Source: Nitrosospira multiformis ATCC 25196
GTDB taxonomy: Bacteria; Pseudomonadota; Gammaproteobacteria; Burkholderiales; Nitrosomonadaceae
NCBI RefSeq assembly: GCF_000196355.1
Contig: NC_007614.1
Coordinates: forward strand, 1,470,001 to 1,502,000
Direction of reading: 5' to 3'
Length of the DNA stretch: 32,000 nt
In this document: positions 1-9,125 of the stretch, piece after piece
How the letters are laid out: each line of letters begins with the position of its first letter
Numbering within the stretch: the stretch's first letter is position 1
Position numbers and translations under genes: made by a program
The notes under the pieces: generated by a model
The model's database searches: none
What the model was told of the DNA's origin: nothing
What the model saw: the letters and a program-made list of their open reading frames with translations, nothing else

Positions 1-2
1 GA

Positions 3-686
3 ATAAACGCCGGCGATGAAAGCTTTGTTGTCAATCCCGAAACCTTGCTGACCGGCATGAAGGTGTTCATCGACAACTCGGTGGGAGGTTATGATCCCTC
101 GACAGAGGAGTTGTACTACAAGATCTTCTACGATGATGGCACCAATTCAGGCAACATAAAGGTAGGGAGTACAGATCTATCGGCAGCGGCAGGGGGACAG
201 AAATCCTTCATGATCGAGACTGAAGGCTCCAAGTTGATCGACTCCGTTCAGCTCACGATGGGTAAGGGCACGGTGAAGATCCCGGTGATCGAGTTCATCA
301 AGTCGACCGAAAATCTTGCCAGCGATATCAAGCTGGGTTTTACGGCCTCGCTGACGGATGCCGATGGTGACAAGGCAACCAGCAACTTCTCGACTAACCT
401 GTTCGCCAATGACCTGGGCGGAACGTTTGACTATACACTGATCGGCGCCCCCAATGACCTCGATGGCTTCGACGTGGATCTTTCGGCCACCCAGGATTCC
501 TACCGGATCGAGAATTTCGACGAACCGCAGGACACCCTGTTCCTTCTCAACGGTACTGGCGCAACCGTTTCGATAAACAATGCCGGAACGGACAGCATCG
601 TTTCCGTAGCCGAGGCAGGCGGGCAAACAACGGACATCACCGTTGTAGGTGTCCACCTCCAGGCGGCTGACGTAGTGCTCGTCTAG
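3..686 (+). CDS. C-terminal part of a large type I secreted repeat/adhesin-like protein (5' end outside window)
   Basis: Reading frame is open from the left edge (INAGDESFVVNPETLLTGMKVFIDN...). The sequence is acidic, Gly/Asp rich and Cys-free (DADGDKATSNF..., LDGFDVDLSATQDSYRIENFDEPQDTLFLLNG). It sits directly upstream of a T1SS cassette. Confidence 0.75.
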   Translation: MNAGDESFVVNPETLLTGMKVFIDNSVGGYDPSTEELYYKIFYDDGTNSGNIKVGSTDLSAAAGGQKSFMIETEGSKLIDSVQLTMGKGTVKIPVIEFIKSTENLASDIKLGFTASLTDADGDKATSNFSTNLFANDLGGTFDYTLIGAPNDLDGFDVDLSATQDSYRIENFDEPQDTLFLLNGTGATVSINNAGTDSIVSVAEAGGQTTDITVVGVHLQAADVVLV

Positions 687-695
687 CCAGCATTT

Positions 696-734
696 GCCGG
701 GCAAGCCAGGTATTCAAACCTGGCTTGCCTGGGC
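696..734 (+). terminator. Strong hairpin just after the adhesin stop codon, possible terminator
   Basis: GCCGGGCAAGCCAGG-TATTCAAA-CCTGGCTTGCCTGGGC. The inner arms AAGCCAGG/CCTGGCTT (703-710/719-726) are perfect. There is no good U-tract. Confidence 0.45.
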
Positions 735-1006
735 ACTTTCCTGTGTTTATCCGATCTTTCCTGAAAAAGGAAAGCTGCTGAAGCTTTGCATATTCTGGGG
801 TGAGATCACAGCTTGGCATCTCTTCGAATCCTTGGCCCCATACCGCACTCCTGCTTCATGCCTGCTACCGGTACTGCCATCCCTGAACGAACTCATTCTC
901 TAACCAATTCCGCCGCATGGTGCTGTCTATGTTGTTTATCGCACAGAGGAGCATCAATGAAACCATGAAAAATACCGCTTGAGCCGTTGCCTTCGAGCCA
1001 GAAAAC

Positions 1007-1745
1007 ATGGATGAACAACATTCTGCTCCTATCCGCGTTCTGTTGATCGGTGCCTATCCCATCGTGCTTCTTGGGCTGAAGAACCTGATCGAGAGCCAAG
1101 GGGAGAGAATGAAAATGGCGGGCCAGTTCACGCGCTACTCTCTGCCCATCCCGGAACTTGAGGAACTGACGCCGGATGTGATTGTGATCGACCCCGACCA
1201 GGAGCCGAGGGAAGGCATGGAGGCAATGCGGATGCTGGTCAAAGCTTGTGGGGCCAGGATCATGGTTTTCAGCACGTTTTGCGACCCCCTTACTTGCAAC
1301 GAGGCCATCCTCAAGGGAGCCATGGGTCTCGTCGGAAAACAGGAACCGTTGGAGATCATTCCGAAAGCGATCGAAAAGATTCACGAAGGACAATTCTGGC
1401 TTAACCGCACAAATACATACCGGAAAGCTCATACACCAGCTCAGGGATGCTCAATCGCCCGAAGCTCCTGGCTGGGAGGAGCCGAAAATAAGGGCCCTTA
1501 CGACGAGGGAGAGAACCGTCGTCGCGACCGTTGTCTCGAACACTGAAGCCCCCTTCAAGGTCATCGCCGATATGATGCATATCAGCGAACGCACCTTGCG
1601 CAATCATTTGAGTTCCATCTATGAAAAACTGAGTCTTAGCAATCGCCTCGGTCTTTTGGCCTACGCGCGGAAGCATGGGTTAGAAGAAGACCAGGCCCCT
1701 CCTGAAAAGATATGGAGAAGTTTCGCCAGGGAAGGCAAGGATTGA
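1007..1745 (+). pseudogene. LuxR-family response regulator (REC + HTH) split by an apparent frameshift
   Basis: The 1007..1546 frame gives REC-like IRVLLIGAYPIVLLGLKNLIES...DVIVIDPD...KGAMGLVGK. The C-terminal HTH (LTTRERTVVATVVSNTEAPFKVIADMMHISERTLRNHLSSIYEKL) is in the 1248..1745 frame. The frames meet around 1405-1425. Confidence 0.7.
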
Positions 1746-3467
1746 ATGAGTTACAAGCTCAGAATCCCGAAAACGGAAATAGCTCGGGCTTTGGCCGATT
1801 TCAAGGGTGCTTTCAGGACCGTAGGGGTTTTCAGCGCGATCATCAATCTGTTGCTGCTGGTTCCGGCCCTGTACATGCTGCAGGTGTACGACCGGGTGCT
1901 CGCCAGCAGGAATGAAACCACCTTGCTGATGCTGACCTTGCTTGCGCTGGGTGCGTTTCTGTTCATGAGTGCACTGGAGCTCGTACGCAGCTTTATTCTC
2001 ATCCAACTCGGCGCCCAACTCGACGCCAGGATGAACCGGCGGATTTATGCAGCCGCATTCGAACAGAACCTGAAACGGGCAGGGGGCAATGCGGGGCAGG
2101 CACTGCAGGATCTGGCCACCATCCGCCAATTTTTGACCGGCCAGGGATTGTTTGCTTTCTTTGATGCACCCTGGTTTCCGGTATATTTGCTTGTCATTTT
2201 CCTGTTTGACCCCTTTCTGGGGTTGTTCGCGCTCGTCGGAACGATAGTGCTGGTGGTCCTGGCTTTCGTGAATGAAACCGTGTCCAAAAAACCCCTGGAG
2301 GAGGCCAATGCAGTTGCGGTTACTTCGGGCACTCTGGCGACCAACAATCTGCGCAATGCGGAAGTGATTGCCGCGATGGGCATGCTGCCCAACCTGATGA
2401 GTCGCTGGCTCACGCTGAACAACCGTTTTCTGCAACTGCAAGCCGAAGCCAGTCAGAAGACTGGAACAATCACCTCCATCACCAAGTTCGTGCGCGTTTC
2501 GATGCAATCACTCATATTGGGATTGGGAGCACTGCTTGCACTGGAAGGAGAAATCACGCCGGGCATGATGATCGTGGCGACGATCCTCATGGGGCGGGCC
2601 TTGAGCCCGGTCGAGCAATTGATCGGCATTTGGAAAAGCTGGAGCAGCGCACGCACTGCCTATCATCGCCTGACGGAACTGCTGGAGACGAATCCGGCGC
2701 GGGAAACAGGAATGGCGCTACCCAAACCGGTCGGGAAGCTATCGGTGGAGGGGGTGACAGCCGCGCCTCCGGCGGCTACGATGGCTGTCCTGAAAAACCT
2801 GAGTTTTGCGGTGATACCCGGTGAGGTGCTGGGCATCATCGGGCCCAGCGGTTCCGGAAAATCGACTTTGGCGCGGTTGCTGGTAGGCGTCTGGCCTGCA
2901 GCTGCAGGCAAGATACGCCTGGATGGGGCGGACGTTTACTACTGGAACAAGGAAGAACTGGGACCCTACATCGGCTACCTGCCGCAGGATGTCGAATTGT
3001 TTGCCGGTACTGTCGGGGAGAATATCGCCCGGTTTGGGGAGGTGGATTCGGAAAAAGTGGTGGTAGCGGCCCAGCGCGCGGGGATTCATGAAATGGTCCT
3101 GTGCTTGCCGCAAGGGTATGACACCCCTCTCGGGGATGGGGGGGCTGGCTTGGCAGGCGGACAAAAACAGCGGCTCGGCCTTGCGCGCGCGATGTATGGC
3201 GATCCCTCCCTGATTGTGCTGGACGAGCCCAACTCGAATCTTGATGAAACCGGCGAGCAGGCACTGGTCGAAGCCATTATCGACCTGCGCAGGCGCGGAA
3301 AAACCATTGTGATAATCAGTCATAGAAGCAGCGTGCTGCGCACTACGACAAAACTGCTGCTGCTGGTGGATGGGAAAGCGCAGTTGTTCGGTCCGACAGG
3401 AGAGGTTCTGGCGAAATTGACGAAACCCAACCGGCAACCGGCGCAGCAGGTGCAACAGACCGGGTAA
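1746..3467 (+). CDS. Type I secretion system permease/ATPase (PrtD/HlyB-like ABC transporter)
   Basis: N-terminal TM domain. Walker A IGPSGSGKST, signature LAGGQKQRLGLARAMYG, Walker B LIVLDEPNSNLD. Confidence 0.93.
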   Translation: MSYKLRIPKTEIARALADFKGAFRTVGVFSAIINLLLLVPALYMLQVYDRVLASRNETTLLMLTLLALGAFLFMSALELVRSFILIQLGAQLDARMNRRIYAAAFEQNLKRAGGNAGQALQDLATIRQFLTGQGLFAFFDAPWFPVYLLVIFLFDPFLGLFALVGTIVLVVLAFVNETVSKKPLEEANAVAVTSGTLATNNLRNAEVIAAMGMLPNLMSRWLTLNNRFLQLQAEASQKTGTITSITKFVRVSMQSLILGLGALLALEGEITPGMMIVATILMGRALSPVEQLIGIWKSWSSARTAYHRLTELLETNPARETGMALPKPVGKLSVEGVTAAPPAATMAVLKNLSFAVIPGEVLGIIGPSGSGKSTLARLLVGVWPAAAGKIRLDGADVYYWNKEELGPYIGYLPQDVELFAGTVGENIARFGEVDSEKVVVAAQRAGIHEMVLCLPQGYDTPLGDGGAGLAGGQKQRLGLARAMYGDPSLIVLDEPNSNLDETGEQALVEAIIDLRRRGKTIVIISHRSSVLRTTTKLLLLVDGKAQLFGPTGEVLAKLTKPNRQPAQQVQQTG

Positions 3468-3567
3468 TGATCAAGGTGCAGGTCCAGGGAGAAGAAAGAA
3501 CAGGATAGCCAGACGGGACAGTCCTGTTCTGCCTGGAGAGCGTGAAGCCACAAAGGAGTGAATTGAA

Positions 3568-4932
3568 ATGGCGGCGAGGTTGCAGGAAGACAGCGTTGTC
3601 GGCACTTATGAAGGGCACCATGGGCGCAAGCACGCTTTTCCGGGAATAGACGGAGATGCGACCTGGTATACGCGCCTCGGCTGGTGGATAGTGGTGGGAG
3701 GGGTCGGCGGGTTTCTGCTGTGGGCTTCCCTGGCGCCGCTGGACAAAGGGGTGCCGCTCAGCGGGACGGTGATGGTGGCGACCAACAGGAAAGCGGTCCA
3801 GCATCAAACCGGAGGAACGATCGAAGATATCCCTGTGAAAGAAGGGGATGTAGTCAAGGCCGGCACCGTGCTGGTGCGCATGAACAGCGTGCAGGTCAAG
3901 GCGAATGCCGAAACGATGCGTGTGCAGTATTTTGCCGCGCGCGCAGCCGAGGCGCGTTTGATTGCCGAGCGCGATGGAAAGAAAGAGATCGTTTTCCCCC
4001 GGGAATTGGAGAACATGAAAAGTGATCCCATCGTTGCCACTTATATCGACATGCAGAAGCAATTATTCAGTTCGCGTTTACTGGGTATCCAGAGTGAATT
4101 GTCGGGGATCGACGAGAGTATTTCCGGCTTGAAGCTGCAAACCAGCGGGCTGGAGGAATCGCGAGACAACAAGAAACAGCAGCTGAAATTTCTGGGAGAG
4201 CAGCTGGAGGGGATGCGCGATCTGGCCGCGGAAGGTTACGTGGCGCGCAATCGCTTGCTGGAACTGGAGCGCACCTACGCGCAGATAAATGGCTCCATCT
4301 CCGAAGATATCGGCAATATCGGACGGGCGCGGCGGCAGATCGTGGAATTGAAGCTGCGCCGGGTGCAGCGTCAGCAGGAATATCAGAAGGAAGTGCGATC
4401 GGAACTCACGGAGGTGCAGAAAGAAGCGGAAGCGCTTGCCCATAAATTGAGCGGGCTGGATTATGAGCTGGCGAATGTGCTGGTCAAGGCCCCAGTGGAT
4501 GGAACCGTAGTGGGGCTGAATGTTTTCACGCGGGGAGGCGTAGTGAGTCCGGGCTTCAAGATGATGGACATTGTACCGAGCGACGACCCCTTGACGGTGG
4601 AAGGGCACCTGCCGGTGCATCTGATCGATAAAGTTCACCCTGATCTTCCGGTAGAGTTTATATTTACCGCATTCAACCGCAATCTGACGCCCCACGTGCC
4701 CGGAATCGTGACCCATGTTTCCGCAGATCGTCTTGTGGATGAAGATAGCGGGGAGCCTTACTACAAGCTGCAGGCCAAGGTGGCACCGGAAGGGATGAAA
4801 ATGATTGCGGATTTGCAGATCAGGCCAGGCATGCCGGTTGAACTCTTCGTAAAGACGGGCGAACGCACCATGATGAATTACATTCTCAAGCCGATTCTGG
4901 ATCATTTCAAAATGGCGATGACAGAGGAGTAG
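3568..4932 (+). CDS. HlyD/PrtE family type I secretion periplasmic adaptor
   Basis: Single N-terminal TM, GTVMVATNRKAVQHQTGGTIEDIPVKEGDVVKAG lipoyl-like motif, coiled coil, C-terminal PGMPVELFVKTGERTMMNYILKPI. Confidence 0.93.
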   Translation: MAARLQEDSVVGTYEGHHGRKHAFPGIDGDATWYTRLGWWIVVGGVGGFLLWASLAPLDKGVPLSGTVMVATNRKAVQHQTGGTIEDIPVKEGDVVKAGTVLVRMNSVQVKANAETMRVQYFAARAAEARLIAERDGKKEIVFPRELENMKSDPIVATYIDMQKQLFSSRLLGIQSELSGIDESISGLKLQTSGLEESRDNKKQQLKFLGEQLEGMRDLAAEGYVARNRLLELERTYAQINGSISEDIGNIGRARRQIVELKLRRVQRQQEYQKEVRSELTEVQKEAEALAHKLSGLDYELANVLVKAPVDGTVVGLNVFTRGGVVSPGFKMMDIVPSDDPLTVEGHLPVHLIDKVHPDLPVEFIFTAFNRNLTPHVPGIVTHVSADRLVDEDSGEPYYKLQAKVAPEGMKMIADLQIRPGMPVELFVKTGERTMMNYILKPILDHFKMAMTEE

Positions 4933-4941
4933 GGTGCCAGC

Positions 4942-6339
4942 ATGACACCCGCCGCGCGCGTTCTGATTGCTGCCGCCATAGGGCTGGGGAGCATGCTTCA
5001 TGCGGGCCACGCATCCGCACTGGGGCTGATGGAGGCATATGAAGCCGCCGTGGCGAACGATCCGGCTTATCGGGCGGCGATTCATGAAAACAGGGCAGGT
5101 CAGGAGTTTACGGCGATAGGCCTTTCCGGCCTGCTTCCCTCCCTTTCTGCAAATTTCTCGATAAATCAGAACCAGCAGGATTTCACACGTCAGTCCATTA
5201 CTCTCCATCGCAGCTATGAGAGCCAAACCGCTGCCATCCAGCTGAGGCAGCCCATCATCAACCTGGCTGCATTCGCGGGTTATAAGCAGGGAATCGCAAA
5301 GACGAGCCAGAGCAATGCCGATTTTTCCGGGCAGATGCAGGAACTTATCCTGCGCCTCGTGAGCGCTTATGTGGAAGCAAAATACGCTGAGGATGGGTTG
5401 GCTCTGGCGGTAGCGCAATCGACTGCGTACGCGGAGCAGCGGCAGGCAAACGAGCGTATGCTCGAGAAAGGAGAGGGGACAAAAACGGAGGCTCTGGAAA
5501 CCCAGGCCAGCTACGACCTCGCACAGGCGCAGGTTCTCGAAGCGGAGGACAATGTGGCAATGAAGCGCGATGTACTTGCTGCTATCGTAGGCGAGGAAAT
5601 CAGCGCGCTCGATCCATTATCCGACGACTTCCGCGTCAAGCCGATGCAGCCGGGAAGGTTTGATGACTGGAAGGACCTCGCGCTCGAGAACAATCCCGAT
5701 ATCGCCGGTCAGCGTCATGCCGTGGATGTGGCGCGCGAAGAGATCAACAAGCAGCGCGCGGGTCATTTTCCGCGGCTTGACGCGGTAGCAGCCATCACGC
5801 GCAACAAGTCGGACAGCCCTATCCTCGTCGGTATCGATGCGCTCACGCAGAGCATAGGCGTGCAAGTAAATCTGCCTTTATACGCAGGAGGCAACGTCAG
5901 CGCGATGACAAGCCAGGCAGCGTCAAACTACGAGAAGGCAAGAGCCGATCTCGATACCACCATCAGTGAGACGCTTGTCGAACTGCGCAAGCAGTTCAAT
6001 CTTGCGCTGACGAGTACATCTCGTATTGCGGCGTTTGCGAAATCGGTTGATTCGGCAAATTTGCTCATCGAAGCCACGACGAAAAGCATCAGAGGGGGCG
6101 TGCGGACCAATCTTGATCTTTTGAATGCGCAGCAACGGCTGTTCGAAGCGAAACGTGATCTTGCGGAGGCACGCTATGGCTACCTCCTGGCCTATCTTCG
6201 CCTGCGGAGAGCCGCCGGAATAGTGGGATTCGAAGATCTCCACGACATCGCAGGATATTTCATCCGTGTCGGTAACTCTCCCGCGCCAATCAACACTGCC
6301 CGCGCGAAGAAACAGGAATCGTTGCAACAACTTGAATAA
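4942..6339 (+). CDS. TolC-family outer membrane protein of the T1SS
   Basis: Signal peptide; LMEAYEAAVANDPAYRAA...; IGVQVNLPLYAGGNVSA; RRTNLDLLNAQQRLFEAKRDLAEARYGYLLAYLRLRRAAG; close spacing with the T1SS genes. Confidence 0.93.
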   Translation: MTPAARVLIAAAIGLGSMLHAGHASALGLMEAYEAAVANDPAYRAAIHENRAGQEFTAIGLSGLLPSLSANFSINQNQQDFTRQSITLHRSYESQTAAIQLRQPIINLAAFAGYKQGIAKTSQSNADFSGQMQELILRLVSAYVEAKYAEDGLALAVAQSTAYAEQRQANERMLEKGEGTKTEALETQASYDLAQAQVLEAEDNVAMKRDVLAAIVGEEISALDPLSDDFRVKPMQPGRFDDWKDLALENNPDIAGQRHAVDVAREEINKQRAGHFPRLDAVAAITRNKSDSPILVGIDALTQSIGVQVNLPLYAGGNVSAMTSQAASNYEKARADLDTTISETLVELRKQFNLALTSTSRIAAFAKSVDSANLLIEATTKSIRGGVRTNLDLLNAQQRLFEAKRDLAEARYGYLLAYLRLRRAAGIVGFEDLHDIAGYFIRVGNSPAPINTARAKKQESLQQLE

Positions 6340-6517
6340 CCTGAACTATGTATGCTTCCGAACAGAGCCAATGTATTTTCCAAGCTACGATAAATCATTC
6401 TCTGCTTTTAACTTTAACAAATTGAGATAAGAAACCCTCATCTTCATGACACTGGAAGTCTTCCGGTGGCTTGTCAGAGGGAAGTTCTAAAAGTATTTGA
6501 TAATTCGGAGGCCTAGC

Positions 6518-6958
6518 ATGGTTGCAGATAAAGAGCGAGGAAAAAGCGGTGACAAACGCGGTTTTGCTTCAATGGACGTAAACAAGCAGCGTGAGATCGC
6601 CAGTAAAGGCGGCAAGGCGGCCCATTTGAAAGGTACTGCCCATGAATTCGATTCCGAGGAAGCACGCGAGGCAGGCCGGAAAGGGGGCAGGGCGGCTCAT
6701 TTGAAGGGCACGGCGCACGAGTTTGATTCGAAAGAGGCGCGCGAGGCAGGCAGGAAGGGCGGCAAGGCCGCACACGAGAAGGGTACGGCGCATGAGTTTG
6801 ATTCCCGGGAGGCGCGCGAAGCAGGACGCAAAGGCGGAGAATCACGTGGAAAAGGTGGTTCACAGGCTGAGCACGAGAAGGAAGCCTCATACTCGTTGCG
6901 GAGTGGAAAATCCGGGCAGCCCGACAAGGGTGACAGCTCAAATCACACTGGCCGATAG
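6518..6958 (+). CDS. KGG-repeat (GsiB/Con-10-like) stress-related hydrophilic protein
   Basis: Repeated AGRKGG(K/R)AAH(L/E)KGTAHEFDS(E/K)EARE units. RBS-like CGGAGG at 6507-6512 upstream of ATG 6518; the upstream ORF extension to 6497 is unlikely. Confidence 0.88.
   Translation: MVADKERGKSGDKRGFASMDVNKQREIASKGGKAAHLKGTAHEFDSEEAREAGRKGGRAAHLKGTAHEFDSKEAREAGRKGGKAAHEKGTAHEFDSREAREAGRKGGESRGKGGSQAEHEKEASYSLRSGKSGQPDKGDSSNHTGR
6581..6835 (+). repeat. Approximately 75-bp tandem repeat coding for the KGG units (about 3 full copies plus a partial)
   Basis: Direct reading of the repeated DNA and protein unit (25 aa) inside the KGG gene; boundaries approximate. Confidence 0.85.
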
Positions 6959-7066
6959 AATCCTCTACACCGTTGCTTGAGTGGGACGGGATTTCCGTAC
7001 CTGCCTCGAACAGCGGGCCACCCTTCGGCGGGCTGTTATTCTTTCATTATTTATTTCAATTCGCGC

Positions 7067-7086
7067 CCTCTCCCCACGGGGAGAGG
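7067..7086. repeat. Perfect inverted repeat CCTCTCCCC-AC-GGGGAGAGG
   Basis: 9-bp perfect arms with a 2-nt spacer in the gap between convergent genes. Confidence 0.75.
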
Positions 7087-7110
7087 TTGCTCATGAGACT
7101 CATTTCGCGG

Positions 7111-7971
7111 CTAAAGCTTGGAGATCAATGATTGCGCGTCGAAAGGCGCTCTTACTTTGATATCGTTGTCGAAGTAACAGTAGACATCGCGAGGTATACG
7201 CGGTGGCGGATGCCGTGAGATGAGATGCGCGTCGTCAGGTTGTAAACCCGTGCGCCAGAGGCGAATTCGTTGCGCCCAGCGTGCCAATGCCTCATCGGTA
7301 TATCCGCTCGCATAAATTTCCTGATCACCGTGCAGACGGAGATAGAGGAAATCTGCCGTTACGTCTTCACGGTAGGGCCATTTTCTTGCAGTATCTGCGA
7401 TGACCAGGGCGATATTGTGCGCGCGCAGGAGCTCTACGAAGGTTTCATCGAGGAAGCTGTCGTGCCGTATTTCAACGGCATGCCGTAGAGGACGTTTTGC
7501 ATCGATTGCCAAGCGGGCGCGTCCTGTCATTCGTTTGTCCCGGTGACGGGCCAAGTGCAGAGCCTGCTCGGTATCTCGTGGCAGAAGCTCGAAAAATCCG
7601 CTCATTCTGTCCTGGCCATAGCGAAAATTCGGTGGAAATTGCCACAAGATGGGTCCGAGTTTTTCCCGGAGATTGAATATTCCCGAAGCGAAGAAATTGG
7701 CCAGGGGAATGTCGATGTCGCTCAGGCGCCGGATATGTGTTATGTATCGCGATCCTTTAACGCTGAAAATAAACCCCGGAGGCGTATCGTCATACCAGTG
7801 CCGAAAGCTGTCCGGTGTCTGCAGGGAGTAGAAAGTTCCGTTTATCTCGATGGTCGGCAATATCCTGGCAGCATATTCAAGCTCGCTGTGCTGGGGAAGC
7901 CCCGGAGGATAGAATATGCCGCGCCACGGAGGATAACGCCAGCCGGAAATGCCGATACGCGTCTCGCTCAC
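7111..7971 (-). CDS. DUF72 domain-containing protein (YecE-like)
   Basis: IGISGWRYPPWRGIFYPPGLPQHSELEYAARILPTIEINGTFYSLQ...; YLRLHGDQEIYASGYTDEAL; VYCYFDNDIKVRAPFDA. Confidence 0.9.
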   Translation of the reverse strand: MSETRIGISGWRYPPWRGIFYPPGLPQHSELEYAARILPTIEINGTFYSLQTPDSFRHWYDDTPPGFIFSVKGSRYITHIRRLSDIDIPLANFFASGIFNLREKLGPILWQFPPNFRYGQDRMSGFFELLPRDTEQALHLARHRDKRMTGRARLAIDAKRPLRHAVEIRHDSFLDETFVELLRAHNIALVIADTARKWPYREDVTADFLYLRLHGDQEIYASGYTDEALARWAQRIRLWRTGLQPDDAHLISRHPPPRIPRDVYCYFDNDIKVRAPFDAQSLISKL

Positions 7972-7976
7972 CCGCC

Positions 7977-8336
7977 CTAACTCCGTCCACGCGACAGTTC
8001 TTCCCCTTCAGCCGTATACGCAGGGGGAACATAAAAGTTGAGTGTCTGGAGCGGATCTTCTCCTGTATTGCGGATTTCATGCTCATCGCCACGCTCGATG
8101 AGCAAAAGGGAACCTTCGTCCAGGCGATAGCGCTTATCGTTTATGGTTGCAATTCCCGTTCCCGAAACGACATAAAGCCACTGGTCAGCACCGCGATGAC
8201 GATTATGCGGGCCTCCTTCTGCCTGCCCTGGAAGTAAAACCATTTCGGCCGCCTGTGAACTCGGATTACCGAGAACGATGCGAAAACCGCTTTCGAACTG
8301 CAGGTTTTTTCGTTTCATCCATTTCTCCTGTCTCAT
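7977..8336 (-). CDS. Cupin domain-containing protein
   Basis: Cupin pattern HNRHRGADQWLYVVSGTGIATINDKRYRLDEGSLLLIERGDEHEIRNTG. The true start may be the internal Met (MKRKNLQ...). Confidence 0.85.
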   Translation of the reverse strand: MRQEKWMKRKNLQFESGFRIVLGNPSSQAAEMVLLPGQAEGGPHNRHRGADQWLYVVSGTGIATINDKRYRLDEGSLLLIERGDEHEIRNTGEDPLQTLNFYVPPAYTAEGEELSRGRS

Positions 8337-8445
8337 CCGTTACAGAAATTTGACAGCAGAAAAACAACGCCGTTTCGCGAGAACGGGAGGCAGGGAAGGG
8401 TTGAGCAGAATGGCCGGCCGAACAAGGCCATTGCCTTGGTACAAG

Positions 8446-9075
8446 TCAGTCGAGAAAGGGTTTTGCCAGATTGAGATCGTTCACGAAGTGCTCGTACTCC
8501 TCGTCCTTGTTTTCCTCGGGCATGCGCAGCAGGAACGAGGGGTGGACCGTAATCAGCAGTGATACCCCCGTTGCATATTCGAGCAATTTTCCCCGGTTGA
8601 CTTTGACGGGGGTGGCGCGCCCCAGCAATGAGCGGGCTGCCGTAGCGCCCAGGGCAATGATCAGACGGGGGGTTATCAGTTCAATTTCCCGCTGCAGCCA
8701 GGCGTGACACGCTACGATTTCCGTATCTATCGGTTTCTTGTGCATGCGTCGCTTGCCACGCAGTTCGAATTTGAAGTGCTTGACCGCATTGGTAACATAG
8801 ACTTCTTCTCGCGATATACCGACTGCTGTCAGCGCGTGCGATAGAATCGACCCAGCCGGTCCGACAAACGGATGGCCCGTAGCATCTTCACGGTCTCCAG
8901 GCTGCTCACCGACGAGCATGATCGATGCGTGCGAGGGACCTTCTCCGAAGACAGTCTGCGTGGCATGTTCCCAGAGGTGACAGGCGCGGCAGTTCGTGGC
9001 TGCTTTACGCAGGGAAGCGACGGTGTTTCCCGCGTGTTCAGCAGGATGTGAAGTATCCGGTAGAGGCATTTTCAT
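8446..9075 (-). CDS. udgX: Uracil-DNA glycosylase superfamily protein, UdgX-like
   Basis: VGEQPGDREDATGHPFVGPAG, VTNAVKHFKFELRGKRRMHKKP (matches the UdgX KRRIH-type loop with conserved His), VTVHPSFLLR-like C-terminal motif (ITVHPSFLLRMPEE). Confidence 0.88.
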   Translation of the reverse strand: MKMPLPDTSHPAEHAGNTVASLRKAATNCRACHLWEHATQTVFGEGPSHASIMLVGEQPGDREDATGHPFVGPAGSILSHALTAVGISREEVYVTNAVKHFKFELRGKRRMHKKPIDTEIVACHAWLQREIELITPRLIIALGATAARSLLGRATPVKVNRGKLLEYATGVSLLITVHPSFLLRMPEENKDEEYEHFVNDLNLAKPFLD

Positions 9076-9125
9076 CTGCTGAAGAATGGACGGGGGATGG
9101 GGAGCCGGGAGTCAGGGACGTTATC

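Noticed and set aside
1680-5418. Long minus-strand ORFs 1680-2507, 2739-3455, 3343-4062 and 4078-5418 opposite the T1SS genes
   Set aside because: They lie fully antisense to confidently identified genes and encode low-complexity His/Gln/Arg-rich sequence. They are shadow ORFs caused by GC-biased codon use.
6581-6835. Periodic repeats considered as a CRISPR-like array
   Set aside because: The repeats are contiguous, in-frame coding repeats without unique spacers. No CRISPR array or cas gene is visible anywhere in the window.
6513-6941. Minus-strand and out-of-frame ORFs across the KGG gene
   Set aside because: They arise from the repeated DNA; the plus-frame KGG motif explains the sequence.
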